The translations under genes were made by a program, and so were the position numbers. Below, piece after piece: positions 26,630 to 39,500 of a DNA stretch of 64,000 nt. Each line of letters starts with the position of its first letter. Within the stretch, counting starts at the first letter, position 1. The DNA is from Leptogorgia sarmentosa (lineage: Eukaryota): NCBI GenBank assembly GCA_964658305.1, contig OZ210885.1, positions 18,662,001 through 18,726,000 on the forward strand. Direction: 5' to 3'. The notes beneath the pieces were generated by a model. That model had not been told where the DNA came from and ran no database searches. It worked only from the letters and a program-made list of their open reading frames with translations.

Positions 26630-28690
26630 CAATTTTATTGAGAATTCTACAAAATTTAAACACACAGCAGATTTATATAGAAATAAGTAGAATACCCCAA
26701 ATGGACAGATTCAAGTCCCATGCGAGGTGCTCACCATTCCAAGACTATAGAAAACAATAACAAAAACACAATACTACAAAGTACAAACATTAAACACAAA
26801 AATTTACTAAGTTCTATGACATGGACAGTCATGCGCCAATGACCATGTTGAGCGTTGTCCCAAGCAAGCGTTTGTACAGGCTTCTAATCTTTCTTTTGAA
26901 CAGAGAAAGGGAGGTGAAGGTGGTAGAACTTTACAAATATAGTTCCATATTTTAACCAGTCGGTTGAAATAGGATGCTATGAATGTGTTGCAATTACAGA
27001 GGGGGACTCTAAGGGTGAGGGTGGGATTTTGACATAGTCGGGTTCAACTGTTGTTGGAAAAGGAGACGAAGGTGTAGACATCCAAATCTATGATGCCAAC
27101 TAGAGCTTTGAAGATGAAGATCAGATCGGAAATCTCTCTTTCATAGCAGAGGGGAGGCAAATTCAAATGCATTAGCCATTGTTGATATGTCATTAATTAT
27201 AGCCTTGACAGTAATTGTTTGAATGTGAGCATCCCAATGGAAGTTGGTACTGACGCAGATACCAAGGTCTTTCTCTTTATTCACTCTCAGGAGTTCTTTT
27301 GAGTTCATACGGTAGGCATATATGAGTGGAGACTTTTTTCTTGTGATGGTGAGCACCCTACATTTTCACTGGTTGAAATCTAGATTATTATCACTGCTCC
27401 AACATTCAAGGTTGGTCAAGGCGTGTTGTAGGATCTTACAGTCAGCTTCCGATTTAATAGATTTGAACACTTTGGTGTCATCTGCATACAATGCTGGCAA
27501 GGTGTCGTTTGGTAGCACATTAGGAAGATCATTTATAAAGATAGCAAACAGATCAGGGCCGAAGATACTTCCTTGTGGCACACCAGAGGTTACATGTGTC
27601 CAAGAAGAGGCAACTCCATCTACCACAACTCGTTGACGACGACCGCTCAGATAATCTTCAAACCATGCATGTAGTTGTCCTGACACCACAGAGTTTAAGT
27701 TTATGGAGAAGAATATTGCGGTCAACAGAGGTTGGTTTGTTGTCGAGATCCTGACCGATGGTATGAAGGACAGGTAGGAGTTGGGTGACACATGAACGTT
27801 GTCTGGGGAAGCCATGTTGGAGTTTGGAGATGAAATGTTTGACATGATCATAAAGTCGAAAACGCACGCTACGTTCTAGAACTTTTCCGAGGATGGGAAG
27901 CAAGGAAATAGGTCTGTAATTTTCTGCTGGTTCTTTGCAATCTTTCTTGTGGACAGGCGTAATGTTGGCGGATTTCCATTCAGTTGGGATTTGACCGGAA
28001 TGCAGCAAATGATTGAATAAAAAATCACAAGTGCTGGGCGCAATTTGGGAGCAGCATTCTTGCAAAAGTCGAGTTGGAATGCTGTCAGGGCCACATGCTT
28101 TGGAAGTGTCAAGGTAGTACAAGGTTCGCACCACTTATTCTGGATCAAGTGTTATTTTGGAAAGTTCCTCAAATTCAGACAGATGAAGCGGCTCACAGAC
28201 ACCTGAATTTGTATATGTGGTAGGAGAGGTACGTGAAGGTACGTAGAGAAGTATGCATTAAAAAGTGTGGCTTTATCTTCCGCAGATTTAGCAGTAATTC
28301 CATTGAACGTTATTTCATGATGAAGATTTGCTTAGGGGCGCAGGATAGATTTATGGTAGCTCCAGATCAGCTTGGGTTGACAGAGAATGAATTTTCGATT
28401 TTAGCCAGATATTCTTGGCGTTTACGTATATTTAGACGCTTAGTTTGTTGAGTGATTGATCTTAGTTTTTGCTTCCGAGTTACAGATCTGTTCATTTGGT
28501 ATCTTTTTAAAGCGCAATATTTCTTGTGAATAAGAATCCAAACTTCTCTATCAATCCAAGGGGGAGAGTTACTGTATTTAACGGTTTTTATTGGTAACTC
28601 TCACATTTGCACTTTTCATATGGCTCTTTTTAATAGCCATATCAGCAACTTTACCCATGCCAAGGTTTCACCTAACAGATACACCATTTT
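26630..28690 (-). mobile_element. 5'-truncated, decayed CR1/L2-like LINE
   Basis: KACGPDSIP, NYRPISLLPILGKVLE, GVPQGSIFGP, LYADDTK and EKDLGI; frameshifted. Confidence 0.85.
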
Positions 28691-29194
28691 CTTCTATTTC
28701 AGCCTTCACTCGAGGCTGGATACTTTCGAAATGCTGTATGTGTTTAGGGTTAGGGTTAGTTCATTACTCTCAGTAATGAACTCGATTTGTCGCAAAACAC
28801 ATAGGTAATGATTGATAGCATAATTGAACTTTTGTTGGCAGTCAACCATCATCATGTACAGTGCCCAAAACTGTGGTGTCTTACCAAATGCCACATGCAC
28901 ACATTTCTCGAATTGTTGATTGTAGCATTCTATGTAGGCTTTAATGCTTGCACCACTCAGTAAATCCTCCACAGCAACTGTTCTTGGTGGACTTTCAAAA
29001 AAATTTACTAACGCTTGTGTCTTCAAAAAGACATTCCAGCGCTTCAGAGAAGGGTGTGGATAAAATACTGACTTGGACTGGTGGACTGGCAGAATTGTGG
29101 ACTGGTGGTTTTTTCCATCAATCAATGCGTTTTTTTCTTTCTCTCTCTGAAAAAAATTACAATGGCCATCAGATGTGTTTAAACAAAATACTTA

Positions 29195-29395
29195 CAGTGG
29201 AACCCTGCCTTACGGCCACCCTGTTAATACGGTCATTTTTTTTTTGTGTGGTCATTTTTTTTAATGTTTATAATAAACATAGCTTTAATATGACGTCATA
29301 ATTGAAATTTGATCTCACCCCGTTAATACGGCCACCCTGTTAATACGGCCATATTATTTCGTCCCGTTGGTGACCGTATTAACGGGGTTCCACTG
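29195..29395. mobile_element. Tc1/mariner (pogo-like) MITE, 201 bp
   Basis: TIRs CAGTGGAACCC / GGGTTCCACTG; TA on both sides; internal repeats of TTAATACGGCCAC. Confidence 0.8.
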
Positions 29396-29722
29396 TACTG
29401 TGAAGGAGTGCTTATTGAATATTTAGAACAACTTATTCAAAAATAGCATGATCAGAAATAAAATACCATAACATGTGAATTAAAAATCCACTTATTAGGC
29501 ATTTTAAGATTGATATTCCCAGGTTTTTGGCATTGAGGTAGATTATTCGCGCTTAAGTTTCATTTACAAATCAGTTTGCCATTTGTGGCTAGCTGTATGC
29601 GGTAAACGTCAATCTTAAGGTCTCTATTATAACAATTTGCATTATTCTTCCAAAAATCTTTATACTCACTAATTCAACAGAAAATCAAAAAACTTGGGTA
29701 AATGTTTTATAGGCACATATGA

Positions 29723-30090
29723 TTGTTGAGCTGCCAAAAGGACGGCATGCAGGACAGCAAAGATAATTACAGGCCCGTTTCTGTGCTGTCCAAACTTCTA
29801 AAGAAACATGCGGTGGTTTCCTTCATGGATTACCTAAAAACAAATGGGCTGCTTTATAATCTACAGTCGGTGTTGTGTGAGGGGCATTACAGACCAAATC
29901 CTATTCGATCTGGACCAAGACCATGTCAATGGTAGGGTTTTTGTTGATTTCAAAAAAGCGTTTGGTGTGGTAGACCATCATCTTTTGTTAACAAAGCTTC
30001 GTCTTTATAGACTGAATGATTCTGCACTGTTTTGGTTCCAGTCATACAGACAACAGATAGACAACAGTTTGTAACAATCCACGGTGAAAG
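29723..30090 (+). pseudogene. LINE RT fragment
   Basis: NYRPVSVLSKLL, VFVDFKKAFGVVDH and WFQSY..RQQFV. Confidence 0.7.
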
Positions 30091-30094
30091 ATCA

Positions 30095-30215
30095 GACAAC
30101 AGCCACAGCAACAACAACAGCAACAACAAGAACAACAGCGATGACAGCAACAACAATGGTTGTATCACCAACCATCACAACAACAACAGCAACAATGAGG
30201 CAATCAACAATCACT
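30095..30215. repeat. Degenerate (CAA)n microsatellite
   Basis: Imperfect AAC/AGC triplet run. Confidence 0.8.
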
Positions 30216-32081
30216 GAACATCAACCATCCTGCTTATCGGAATCAACTATTTGGCTCATAGGGATGTAGCTAACCACTGGAACCAAGAGTACAAGTAGGA
30301 CTGGCCCCTTGTGACCTGGTGATTGTTTCCAACGCCAATGTGGACCTACTATGACAGAACACAGACAATGCAAGAACGACTAGGAAATGTGTATTATCAT
30401 GTAAATACGAGATGTTTGAAGCCAAAGCCAAGCCAAGTCTATTTTGTTGCATCACTTGTGCAAATGCCACTGGTAACAAGACAGAGGCTGACACCTGAAC
30501 ACATAAGACATTTGAGGGAGTTTGGTTTATTTATTAATCGATATCTTTTTTGTTGGAGATTGTTTGTAGATAGTTTGTTAATTAAAGCATTTTTTCATTC
30601 TCATTTTAACGTTGTAATAATCAACGAAACCAAGAACATTGTGCAAAAAATTGAAAAAAATCGATTTGTCCTTTTGTTCTTAAAGGGCTAATTTAAATTT
30701 TGTTCATAAAGTGCTAATTTTAAATTTTAGGTATGCACATTTACATTCCGCTTACTAAATATTTATAAATAGTTGGTTTGGAATATGTTGATTGTGCTGT
30801 TCTTGAATCATTTGTTCCAAATAATTTCAATAAGCGCTCGTTCAGAACTAAAACATTGTTGGTTCTCTCAGCCTCATCATGAGCTGAATTCCCTTTGGAA
30901 GAATGCAATCTGATCCAAATGTCGTTATGGATTATAGCCAACGCCGTGTCTCTGAACTACACTTTGAAATTGTTACAAGCGATTCCCGGTCCAGTATTGG
31001 TAAAAACCTTAGTTTCACTGGCAGTAACATCAGCTGTGTAATCCCCTCACATACATTTTTCCAAAAGAGCATCGTATTTGCATCTGTAGGGAAGTTGTCA
31101 CACAGAGTTTCAGTTGTATCAATTGTGTCATTGTAGGTATCATAGTTGTTGCAAGGCCTTATCAGTTTTATTAGCACCCATTCCACTGAGGTGGTTATAT
31201 CCCTTTTCAAAATGATTTTTTCAAAATTTTGGGTTTGTGTTTTAGATATTTCAAGTATTGAAAATTAAGATTCTGCAATTATTTTGGTTGATTTCCTTAG
31301 TTTTAAACGCGAAAAATGCTTTTGAAGTGACCATAGTGCATAATTTTCCCCTTAGCAATGCCTTAGCAACGAATTTTGGCCAAAAAAATGCAAAAAAAAA
31401 ACAAACAAATGAATAAATAAATGTTTTTGAAGTTTCTACTTTTGATGTATGTGATCTAGGAGTCATTTTGAAAGATGACAACGCGAATATGCATATTATT
31501 CATAGCGTCCTTACTGATCGACCGAGTGAATTTGCTAGCGAAGAAGGCGCCATATTCATGGATGTAGAGGCACTTTTTTTTGTCTTTGATGAAGTACTGA
31601 GATGCCCTGACTGTGGCAACCATATGACATCTCATGTGGATATCAAGAAAAAAAATGGGTTTTCGCATTATATAGTTCTACAATGCAACAATCCTGAATG
31701 TGACTGGAAGCATTGCTTTCATACATCCCAGAAGCAAGGTCGCTCATACAATGTAAACACAAGAGCAGTGTTAGCATTCAGGGAGATTGGTCGAGGACAC
31801 AGTGCCATGGTGACATTCACTAAAGTCATGAACATGCCATCACCACCAACTTCCAGTAACTTCATGAAGATTCAAAACAATAAACTATTGCCTGTTGTGA
31901 AACAATTGGCAAATGACAGTATGGTGACTAATGCTACAAATGTCAAAGAAGTTTGTGATAATGATATGGGAGAGTGTGGGATCTCCCTCGATGGAAGTTG
32001 GCAAAGACGAGGCCATACTTCGCACAATGGTGTTGTTACTGCTATATCATTAGACACAAAGAAATGTCTGGATATAGAAAT

Positions 32082-35000
32082 TGTAATGTATTTTTATCGT
32101 GTAACCGAAATACTGTACTTTAAATGGAACCTTTTATTAACAAAACTCAAAACACATGTAAACTTTAACTTGCTTACAGAAGACGTTCTTGCGCCCGCGT
32201 AATTCACTATAGTGCAGTCAGTACTTCATTTAGAATATATAACAACTGCCCCCTCTTAAAAGTTTCAAAATGTGAATGTTTCTATTTATATGAATGTCTG
32301 TCCAGTTTGTTCAGTAAAACCTCTGCGGAGGTTTTCTCTCTCTTGTCGGATATCTTCTAGAAGAAACTTCGGGTGTAGTGTTCGTTTGTGACTCCTTTGA
32401 ATCCTCCGTTTTTTTCGTCCCTCCTTCCTCGTTGGTCTGTGTATTTGGTTGATTCTCGGTCTCCAGCCTTACTCCCTGACCGGACAGGTTTAATTGTTCC
32501 TCTCGGCCCAGCTCTCTGCCTGTGTTTCTATTTGGAACCTCTAAGGGAATATCCCGAAGTTGTGGTGGTATTTGCTCTTCCCCTACCGATACCCTAGGTT
32601 CTTGCGTCCGTGGTATGTATCTTGGGCGTATTTGCTCTTCATGTCGTTTCCAAATCACGTCTCCAATTTCTACTTCGTAGTTTCTTGGGCTTATTATCTT
32701 TACTATAGTTCCGGGAATCCATTTCGCGCCTTTTCCGAAGTTTCTCACGAATACTGCTTGGTTTTGTATGTATTTTGGATGGTTGTCCAGGTTGTCTTGG
32801 AATATCTTGACTTCGCCTTTCGACTGTTTCGCTCGTAGTGCACTGAATTTAATACGCGGCTGTCTGTTCATCAACAGCTCTGATGGTGATTTACCCATTC
32901 CCGTTGGCGTTGCTCTGTATGTGAGTAGAAATCGGTCCAACTTGGTTTGTAACGATTCTCCCGTAGCGCCCATTTTTGAAAGTTTGTCTTTAAATTCTCC
33001 TACATAACGTTCAGCTAACCCATTGGTAGCCGGATGTCCTGGGGCGGTAGTAGTGTGTTGGATATCATTATCCTTTAAATATTTCTGAAACTCTTCGCTA
33101 GTAAATTGGCTCCCGTTATCTGTAACTATGTGTTCTGGTAGTTTAAAATTACTAAAAATGTGCCTTAACGCCGCCACCGTCGTGGATGAAGTAGCGTGTG
33201 ACATTGGGACGACTTCAAGGTACTTTGAATATGCGTCGACGACCACTAAGAACATTTTTCCTAAATAAGGACCTGCGAAATCAAGGTGGATACGTTTCCA
33301 TGGTCCATCGGGCCATGACCATGAAGCTTGTTGTGCCGTCGCTGGAGATTTAGCTGTTTCCTGACATGAACTACAACACCTCACTGTCTCTTCGATGTCC
33401 TTGTCTAACTTAGGCCACCAGAAGTATTTACGTGCTAACTGCTTCATCTTTACCATTCCGAGGTGCTCAGCATGTAAATCCTTTAACAGGATATTCCGAA
33501 GCGAATCGGGAATGATGGCTCGTGAGTCCCACAACAAAATTCCATCTTCAGTTGAAAGTTCCAATCTCCTTGAGTAGTACGTTTGGAATTCCGGTTGCGG
33601 TTTCTCTGGCCATCCATTTCTCGTAAATTCCAAAACTTTGCTTAGAATTTGGTCCTTCTTTGTTTCCAAAGCCATGATTTTTGAATTAATAATTTCGTCT
33701 CCTTCGACCAACATTACTTTCACCTCAACCTGTTCTGCTGGTGTAGGTTGTCCGTGTATTGGCTTTCTAGACAGGTAATCTGCATACACATTTTGCTTGC
33801 CCGAAATGAATTCGATCGTATAGTTGTACGCCGCTAGAAGTAAAGACCATCTCTTGATTCGTGCTGAGGCTAACTGTGGAACTTGTTTATGCTCTCCTAA
33901 CAGTGTTATTAACGGCTTGTGATCCGTAAGAAGTTTAAAATGCCTGCCCAGTAAATACTGCCGAAATTTAGTAACTCCAAAAACAATCGCTAACGATTCA
34001 CGGTCTATTTGAGCGTAATTTCTTTCAGCTTGATTCAGTGTTCTTGATGCGAAGGCTACTGGCTGGAGTGACCCGTCGTGTCCAGGTTGTAGTAAAACCG
34101 CTCCAACTCCTATTGATGAGGCGTCGCATTGCAACACTAGTTCCGCAGATGGGTCGTAATGTCGAAGTATAGTGTCTGAGCACATTGCTTCTTTTATTTT
34201 TTTGAAAGAATCCTGTTCTTCTTTTCCCCATTTCCAGGTTGTTTCCTTTCGAAGTAATTTGTACAACGGTGCTAATATCGCTGCAAAACCGGACACGAAT
34301 TTACGCAGGAAATTGGCAGAGCCGATAAAAGATTGCAATTCAGCAACATTGCTTGGCGGCTCAGCATCTTTGATTGCTTGAACTTTCTCTTTGGTTGGTG
34401 AAATGCCCGCTTGTGATACCGACATTCCCAAGTAAATAACTTCCTCTAGCATGAAGTGGAACTTTTCTTTCTTCAACTTAAGACCACAATCCTGCAGCTT
34501 CTGCAGAACCCTGTGTAAATTTTCTAGGTGAATCGCGTCTGTTTCCCCTGTTACCAGGATATCGTCTATACGCACACAACAGCCCGGGAGGCCCTTGAGT
34601 ACATTCTCGATTGTTCGTTGAAATATAGAAACCGCACTGTTAATTCCAAATACTAGACGTTTGTACTGATATAGTCCATATGGAGTGTTTATTGTTGTAA
34701 ACTTCCTACAGTCCGGATTTAGTTCTAACTGATGGTACGCCTGTGAAAGGTCTAACTTAGTGAATTTCTTACCACCTGAGAGATTACTAAGCAATTCTTC
34801 AAAGGTAGGTACCGGGTATTGTTCCAGTGGAGAAGCTTGATTAATTGTACCTGAGTAGTCCCCACAAATTCGAATATCTCCACAGGGCTTAATCACTGGA
34901 ACTGTGGGTGAAGCCCAATCTGAATGCTCTACTTTCTCAATAATATCTTCTTGAACAAGCTTTTGTAATGCTTCTTCATATCTCTGTCGAATTGCAAATG

Positions 35001-36580
35001 GGACCACTCGAGATTTCATAAAAACTGGATTATCATCACTTACCCGCAACTGAACTTGTACTCCCTTTAGCTTTCCAACAGTGCTTTCATCGAAAAGTGC
35101 AGGGTATTGTCGCATAATATCTTCAGCTGTAGTGGGGATAATGCTGAAAATATTTTGCCATGGAAGCAGAAACTTTGTCATCATGTCTCGACCTAGCAAG
35201 GATGGTCCATCAACAACTCGAATATTCAAATTGTTCACTTGGTTGCCAACTGTTACTTTCATTTCACTTTCTCCAAAACACTTGATGACATTTCCGGTGT
35301 AGCTTTTAAGTACTACCGTTGCTGGTTGTAAGGTTTCAGTGCGACCACCTACTTTTTCAAAGTCTTTCAGATTGAGTAATGTAACTGAACTACCAGTATC
35401 AATTTCCATTGTAACTGTTTTGCCATTGATTTCAACACCTAACTTGTATAATGGTGTATGGTCAGCATTATCACTAACTGCTTCCACGTTCTGCATGAAA
35501 ATTGTCACAGGTGAATTTACTCTTGTTGATGTAGTATTTTCTGCTTCCTCTTGTTTATTTGTAACTGTAATTGAATGGGTCTTAGCATTGCTCTCAGCCC
35601 TTTTCTTCTTGAAGCAAACCTTAGCAAGATGTCCCGGTTTTTTGCAATAATTACATATAGTTTTAGTATGGCTGCATTTGTCTGCCAGATGTTGGGTTGA
35701 TCCGCATCTGAAACATGCTTTTCCTTCTCCAGTAGATTTTGGAGTCGTTTTCGAATTGTTCTTTTGCGGTATAGTTTTTCGATGCACTCCATGCACTTTT
35801 TCTTGCTCTCTTCCGGAGTTTTGTAGTAGCTGTTTGGATTCTTTTTCTGCTAGCTCATCTGCTTGGGCTACTTTCAATGCTTGCTCAAATGTCCTGTCCT
35901 CTGACAGAAGTTTCTTTCTTGTACTTTGGCTTCGTACTCCTCCAACAAATTGATCTCGTAATGCTCTTTGAAGGTACTGACCGAAATTGCAATGAACAGC
36001 TAAACGCTTCAGTTTGTTGGCATATTCCATTACACTTTCGTTATCTTTTTGCAAAGTTTGATGAAACCGATAGGTCTCAGCCACTTCGAGTACTTTGGGC
36101 TTATAAAACCCTCTCAGTAAGGTTGTAATTTGTTCATAGGACTTGTCACTCGGTAAATTAGGTAGACAAAGATCTTTAAGTGTACTGTACGTGTTCTTAC
36201 CGATTACAGAAATTGTTACTGCTACTTTCTTTTTGTCTGCAGCTTGTATGGCAGCCTCACTTGCTCCTTCTTCGACTTGTCCTATGTTATTAGCCAAAAA
36301 ATATGAATTTAGTCGCTCACTGTAATCTGTGTAATCCCCTCCATCGAACGGTTCCAGCCCTCCAAAACGCGTATTTATTTGTTCTGCCATATGTATTTTA
36401 CATCCTCGTCGCCAATTTGTAATGTATTTTTATCGTGTAACCGAAATACTGTACTTTAAATGGAACCTTTTATTAACAAAACTCAAAACACATGTAAACT
36501 TTAACTTGCTTACAGAAGACGTTCTTGCGCCCGCGTAATTCACTATAGTGCAGTCAGTACTTCATTTAGAATATATAACA
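32082..36580 (-). mobile_element. Young full-length Gypsy LTR retrotransposon (Mag-like)
   Basis: 163-bp LTRs at 32082-32244 and 36418-36580, identical by eye; 5-bp TSD GAAAT; PBS TGGCGACGAGGATG matching the tRNA-Ser(GCT) 3' end; PPT AAGAGGGGGCAGT. Confidence 0.97.
32311..36390 (-). CDS. Gypsy gag-pol polyprotein, 1359 aa, uninterrupted
   Basis: Two CCHC knuckles, protease IDTGS, RT LDLSQAY..RIDD, RNase H CDAS..TDHKPL and integrase HHCC plus DFAGP..TDNG..AER, in the Gypsy order PR-RT-RH-IN. Confidence 0.95.
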   Translation of the reverse strand: MAEQINTRFGGLEPFDGGDYTDYSERLNSYFLANNIGQVEEGASEAAIQAADKKKVAVTISVIGKNTYSTLKDLCLPNLPSDKSYEQITTLLRGFYKPKVLEVAETYRFHQTLQKDNESVMEYANKLKRLAVHCNFGQYLQRALRDQFVGGVRSQSTRKKLLSEDRTFEQALKVAQADELAEKESKQLLQNSGREQEKVHGVHRKTIPQKNNSKTTPKSTGEGKACFRCGSTQHLADKCSHTKTICNYCKKPGHLAKVCFKKKRAESNAKTHSITVTNKQEEAENTTSTRVNSPVTIFMQNVEAVSDNADHTPLYKLGVEINGKTVTMEIDTGSSVTLLNLKDFEKVGGRTETLQPATVVLKSYTGNVIKCFGESEMKVTVGNQVNNLNIRVVDGPSLLGRDMMTKFLLPWQNIFSIIPTTAEDIMRQYPALFDESTVGKLKGVQVQLRVSDDNPVFMKSRVVPFAIRQRYEEALQKLVQEDIIEKVEHSDWASPTVPVIKPCGDIRICGDYSGTINQASPLEQYPVPTFEELLSNLSGGKKFTKLDLSQAYHQLELNPDCRKFTTINTPYGLYQYKRLVFGINSAVSIFQRTIENVLKGLPGCCVRIDDILVTGETDAIHLENLHRVLQKLQDCGLKLKKEKFHFMLEEVIYLGMSVSQAGISPTKEKVQAIKDAEPPSNVAELQSFIGSANFLRKFVSGFAAILAPLYKLLRKETTWKWGKEEQDSFKKIKEAMCSDTILRHYDPSAELVLQCDASSIGVGAVLLQPGHDGSLQPVAFASRTLNQAERNYAQIDRESLAIVFGVTKFRQYLLGRHFKLLTDHKPLITLLGEHKQVPQLASARIKRWSLLLAAYNYTIEFISGKQNVYADYLSRKPIHGQPTPAEQVEVKVMLVEGDEIINSKIMALETKKDQILSKVLEFTRNGWPEKPQPEFQTYYSRRLELSTEDGILLWDSRAIIPDSLRNILLKDLHAEHLGMVKMKQLARKYFWWPKLDKDIEETVRCCSSCQETAKSPATAQQASWSWPDGPWKRIHLDFAGPYLGKMFLVVVDAYSKYLEVVPMSHATSSTTVAALRHIFSNFKLPEHIVTDNGSQFTSEEFQKYLKDNDIQHTTTAPGHPATNGLAERYVGEFKDKLSKMGATGESLQTKLDRFLLTYRATPTGMGKSPSELLMNRQPRIKFSALRAKQSKGEVKIFQDNLDNHPKYIQNQAVFVRNFGKGAKWIPGTIVKIISPRNYEVEIGDVIWKRHEEQIRPRYIPRTQEPRVSVGEEQIPPQLRDIPLEVPNRNTGRELGREEQLNLSGQGVRLETENQPNTQTNEEGGTKKTEDSKESQTNTTPEVSSRRYPTRERKPPQRFY

Positions 36581-39500
36581 GAAATCATGTCAGATAAGTG
36601 CAAGGCATGCCAGAAATGGGAAAAGAGAGTAAATGACCCTAAATACCCAGAGTGGAAAGCTAACCACAAGTGTAAGATTAACCATACTGGAAGCGCGAAC
36701 AGCATGGAAGCAGCTGGTGCCTTGCGGATCTTTGAAAGATTGTACATTTCACGGGGACTTAGATACACAAACATGCTCGGTGACGGTGATTCCTCCACAT
36801 ACAATAAAATTGTAGAAAGTGAGAGCCCTATGGTGAGGGGTGTATTCCAAATAAGCTTGAGTGCATAGCTCATGTGCAAAAGAGAGTAGGAAGTCGACTG
36901 CAAAGGTTAAAGAATACGAATAAAGGGATTAAGCTAAGTGATGGGAAAGGATTAGGAGGTAAGGGAAGATTGACTGATGGGAAGATTGATGTGCTACAAA
37001 ATTATTATGGTCTAGCTGTGAGAGAGAATTTGGATGATGTGAACAACATGGCCAGAGCTATCAAAGCTGTGCTTTACCATGTTGCCTCAACCGAGTCGGA
37101 TCCACAACATCACCTTTGTCCAGATGGAGATGACAGTTGGTGTGGTTTCAAAAGAGATAAGGAATCTTATGAACACAAAAAAGGCATCACCAAGTGCATT
37201 GTTGAAGTTATTGAGCCAGTGTTTGATGATTTAAGCAAGGAAGAGCTTCTGCGAAAATGCACACATGGCTTGACGCAGAACGTGAACAAATCCCTGAATG
37301 GGCTAATTTGGGACCGATGTCCCAAAACTACTGATGTAGAACATGAAACTGTAGCACTGTCTACTTATTTGGCAGTGCTCAAATTCAATGATGGTGATAT
37401 CACATATTTGAAGATATTTAAAGATCTGGGTATAAAGCCTGGGATGTTCACCTGCCAAGGTGCTCAAAAATGCAACCATTTATCGGCAAGGAAGTCCAAA
37501 GAGACAGTGAAAAGTAGAAGAAAAACCTTAAGACATTTGAGAAAGAAGTATATTGACAATGTAGAAGGAGTAATGTACGAAGCTGGGGGCTTCTGAATGT
37601 GTGGTAAGGTACTGTGAATGTAAATGGAAGTTTTAAAGTGGATTTTCTCTATTTAGTGATTTAGAAGGTGTTGACGATCTTTGTGACACTGTGATTTTGT
37701 AAATATACTGGGGATTGAATTGAAATTTGGCATATTTACTCTTTACAATATGGACTATCATGTGACATTCTTTAAATTTCAGTATTTCATGCCATTCCCA
37801 ATTTATTGATCAATTAATAGTTAATTAACTGGTTAAAATTAAAATTATTCAAAAAAAGTTTGATTTTTGGTTCTAACTTGTTTTAAAAGTATATTTTGAG
37901 AATTTGGAGAATGTCTGATGATAGCCCCAGGTTTTAAGCTTTGCAAAAATGTGTTATTTAATAAATTATGATGGTTGGTTCTCGAGATATTGTGTTTACC
38001 GTTCGACCTAATTATGGGACAATTAGTGGCCCAATTGGATAATTAGTCTAATTAGGGACTTTTTTATTTTTTTTTCATTTACTATTTTTTAATAGCAAAT
38101 CCCTTCAAAATATGCTACTTTTAAGATCATACGTCTAGAATTGAAAAAAATGGTCAAAAAGGATATAACCACCAACCCTTTAGTGCACGAGGTACTTCCA
38201 ATGCATTAAATTTAGTGAAAGTTGGTACAAATGCTCATTTGCTATCATATTTTATAAAAATGAAAAAAAAGTTGAAAAATATTTTCCAGCGGGGGGTGAA
38301 AATTTTGTCCAGTATACTGGACAATGTGCATTATAGGAATGAAATCACTGAAATGGGCAGAATTATAAAATATATTTATCAAGCAATATCCTTACAAAAT
38401 CTGTTAGTTAACTACATTAAGCAATATTTACTATTAATAGAAACTAATATCAATGAATGTTTTACAAACAAGCGCAGTCGTTAGCACATGAGTAGGAAAG
38501 TGCATTTCTATAAACAGGATTTTCTGGAAAAAGTGTCTCCAAAAACATGGCGGATTTCAAGCCGTTACCATGACAGCAAATACTCCGTCCTCATGGTAAG
38601 CACCACTGACCAACCGCGATCCTCATCATCCGAGGATGGAAATCACCCCCCTGGTTATTGATAAAATATTTGAAATATTTTTATTGCCGCCGTTAATAGC
38701 CTGTTGACGTGCTTGTTTAGTTTTTTTATCGTCAAACTGCCAGTAGCAAACCTTTGCCACAGCCTTTGCAGTCGATAATACTTTACAAAAATGCCTCGTT
38801 TTTGCCTTTTTCGTGAATGCAAGAACTTTCAAAGGAAAAATGTTTCTTCTCACCAATAAGAATTTCAATTTATTTTGTCAATAGGAAATTTCAATGTTAA
38901 AAAAATTAAATCCAAAAGTCTGATTCACACACAAGCGGCAACTGCAAACATGGCGCAGTTCAAGTTCGAGGGAATTTTTCAAGAATTTTTTCACTATATA
39001 ATTTTGGAAACAGTTCTGCAGTTCCGTGGGTCGTATAAGTTTTTTTTTCTCTGAAGTTTTGAAATGAACAGGGCTGGGCTAGTTGTAAACAACCGACTAA
39101 AAACGTACAGAAATACAAAGACATGTAATAATGTTTTGGTGGATATTCATTTTCAACATGATGAGCAAGAAAAAAGAGGCAATATTTCCAATAGGCTGAG
39201 CATTATTGCTCTAATATTTTGTTACGTTTTACTTTTTGCAGCTTTCCAGATCGTGAGAGCAATCCAGAACTTTACAACAAATGGCTTGAAAATATAGAAA
39301 AAAAGTATAGGTTCAGTTAAATTTGTCCCTACGGAGAGTACTCGCATTTGTTCCGAACATTTCAGCTCTGTCATGAAGGAAGAGGGTGGATCCAAAGTAC
39401 TGCTGAAGCCATTTGCTGTTCCAACGATATTTCCAGCATTTCAGGTTGGTGCATTTGGTCCGTTTGTGACTTTTTTGGCATTGTCAATCTGAGATAACAA

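Larger units (their letters stand above)
31190..38173 (+). mobile_element. Kolobok/Mutator-like DDE transposon, split by a Gypsy insertion
   Basis: TIRs GGTGGTTATATCC / GGATATAACCACC; motifs CPDC..C, SLDGSWQRRGHTSHNG, LRYTNMLGDGDSSTY, ECIAHVQKR, HHLCP..SWC and TQNVNKSLN; the frame rejoins as CLDIEI|MSDKCKAC. Confidence 0.8.

Noticed and set aside
29950..30269. Poly-N, poly-T and poly-L ORFs
   Set aside because: They are translation artefacts of the (CAA)n microsatellite.
28706..31140. Coding-like scraps (FGKTPQFWALYM; NVYYHVNTRCL; SKGNSAHDEAERTN)
   Set aside because: Probably DNA-transposon remnants, but too short to assign to a family.
32388..36325. Many short plus-strand ORFs
   Set aside because: They are antisense shadows of the Gypsy gag-pol ORF.
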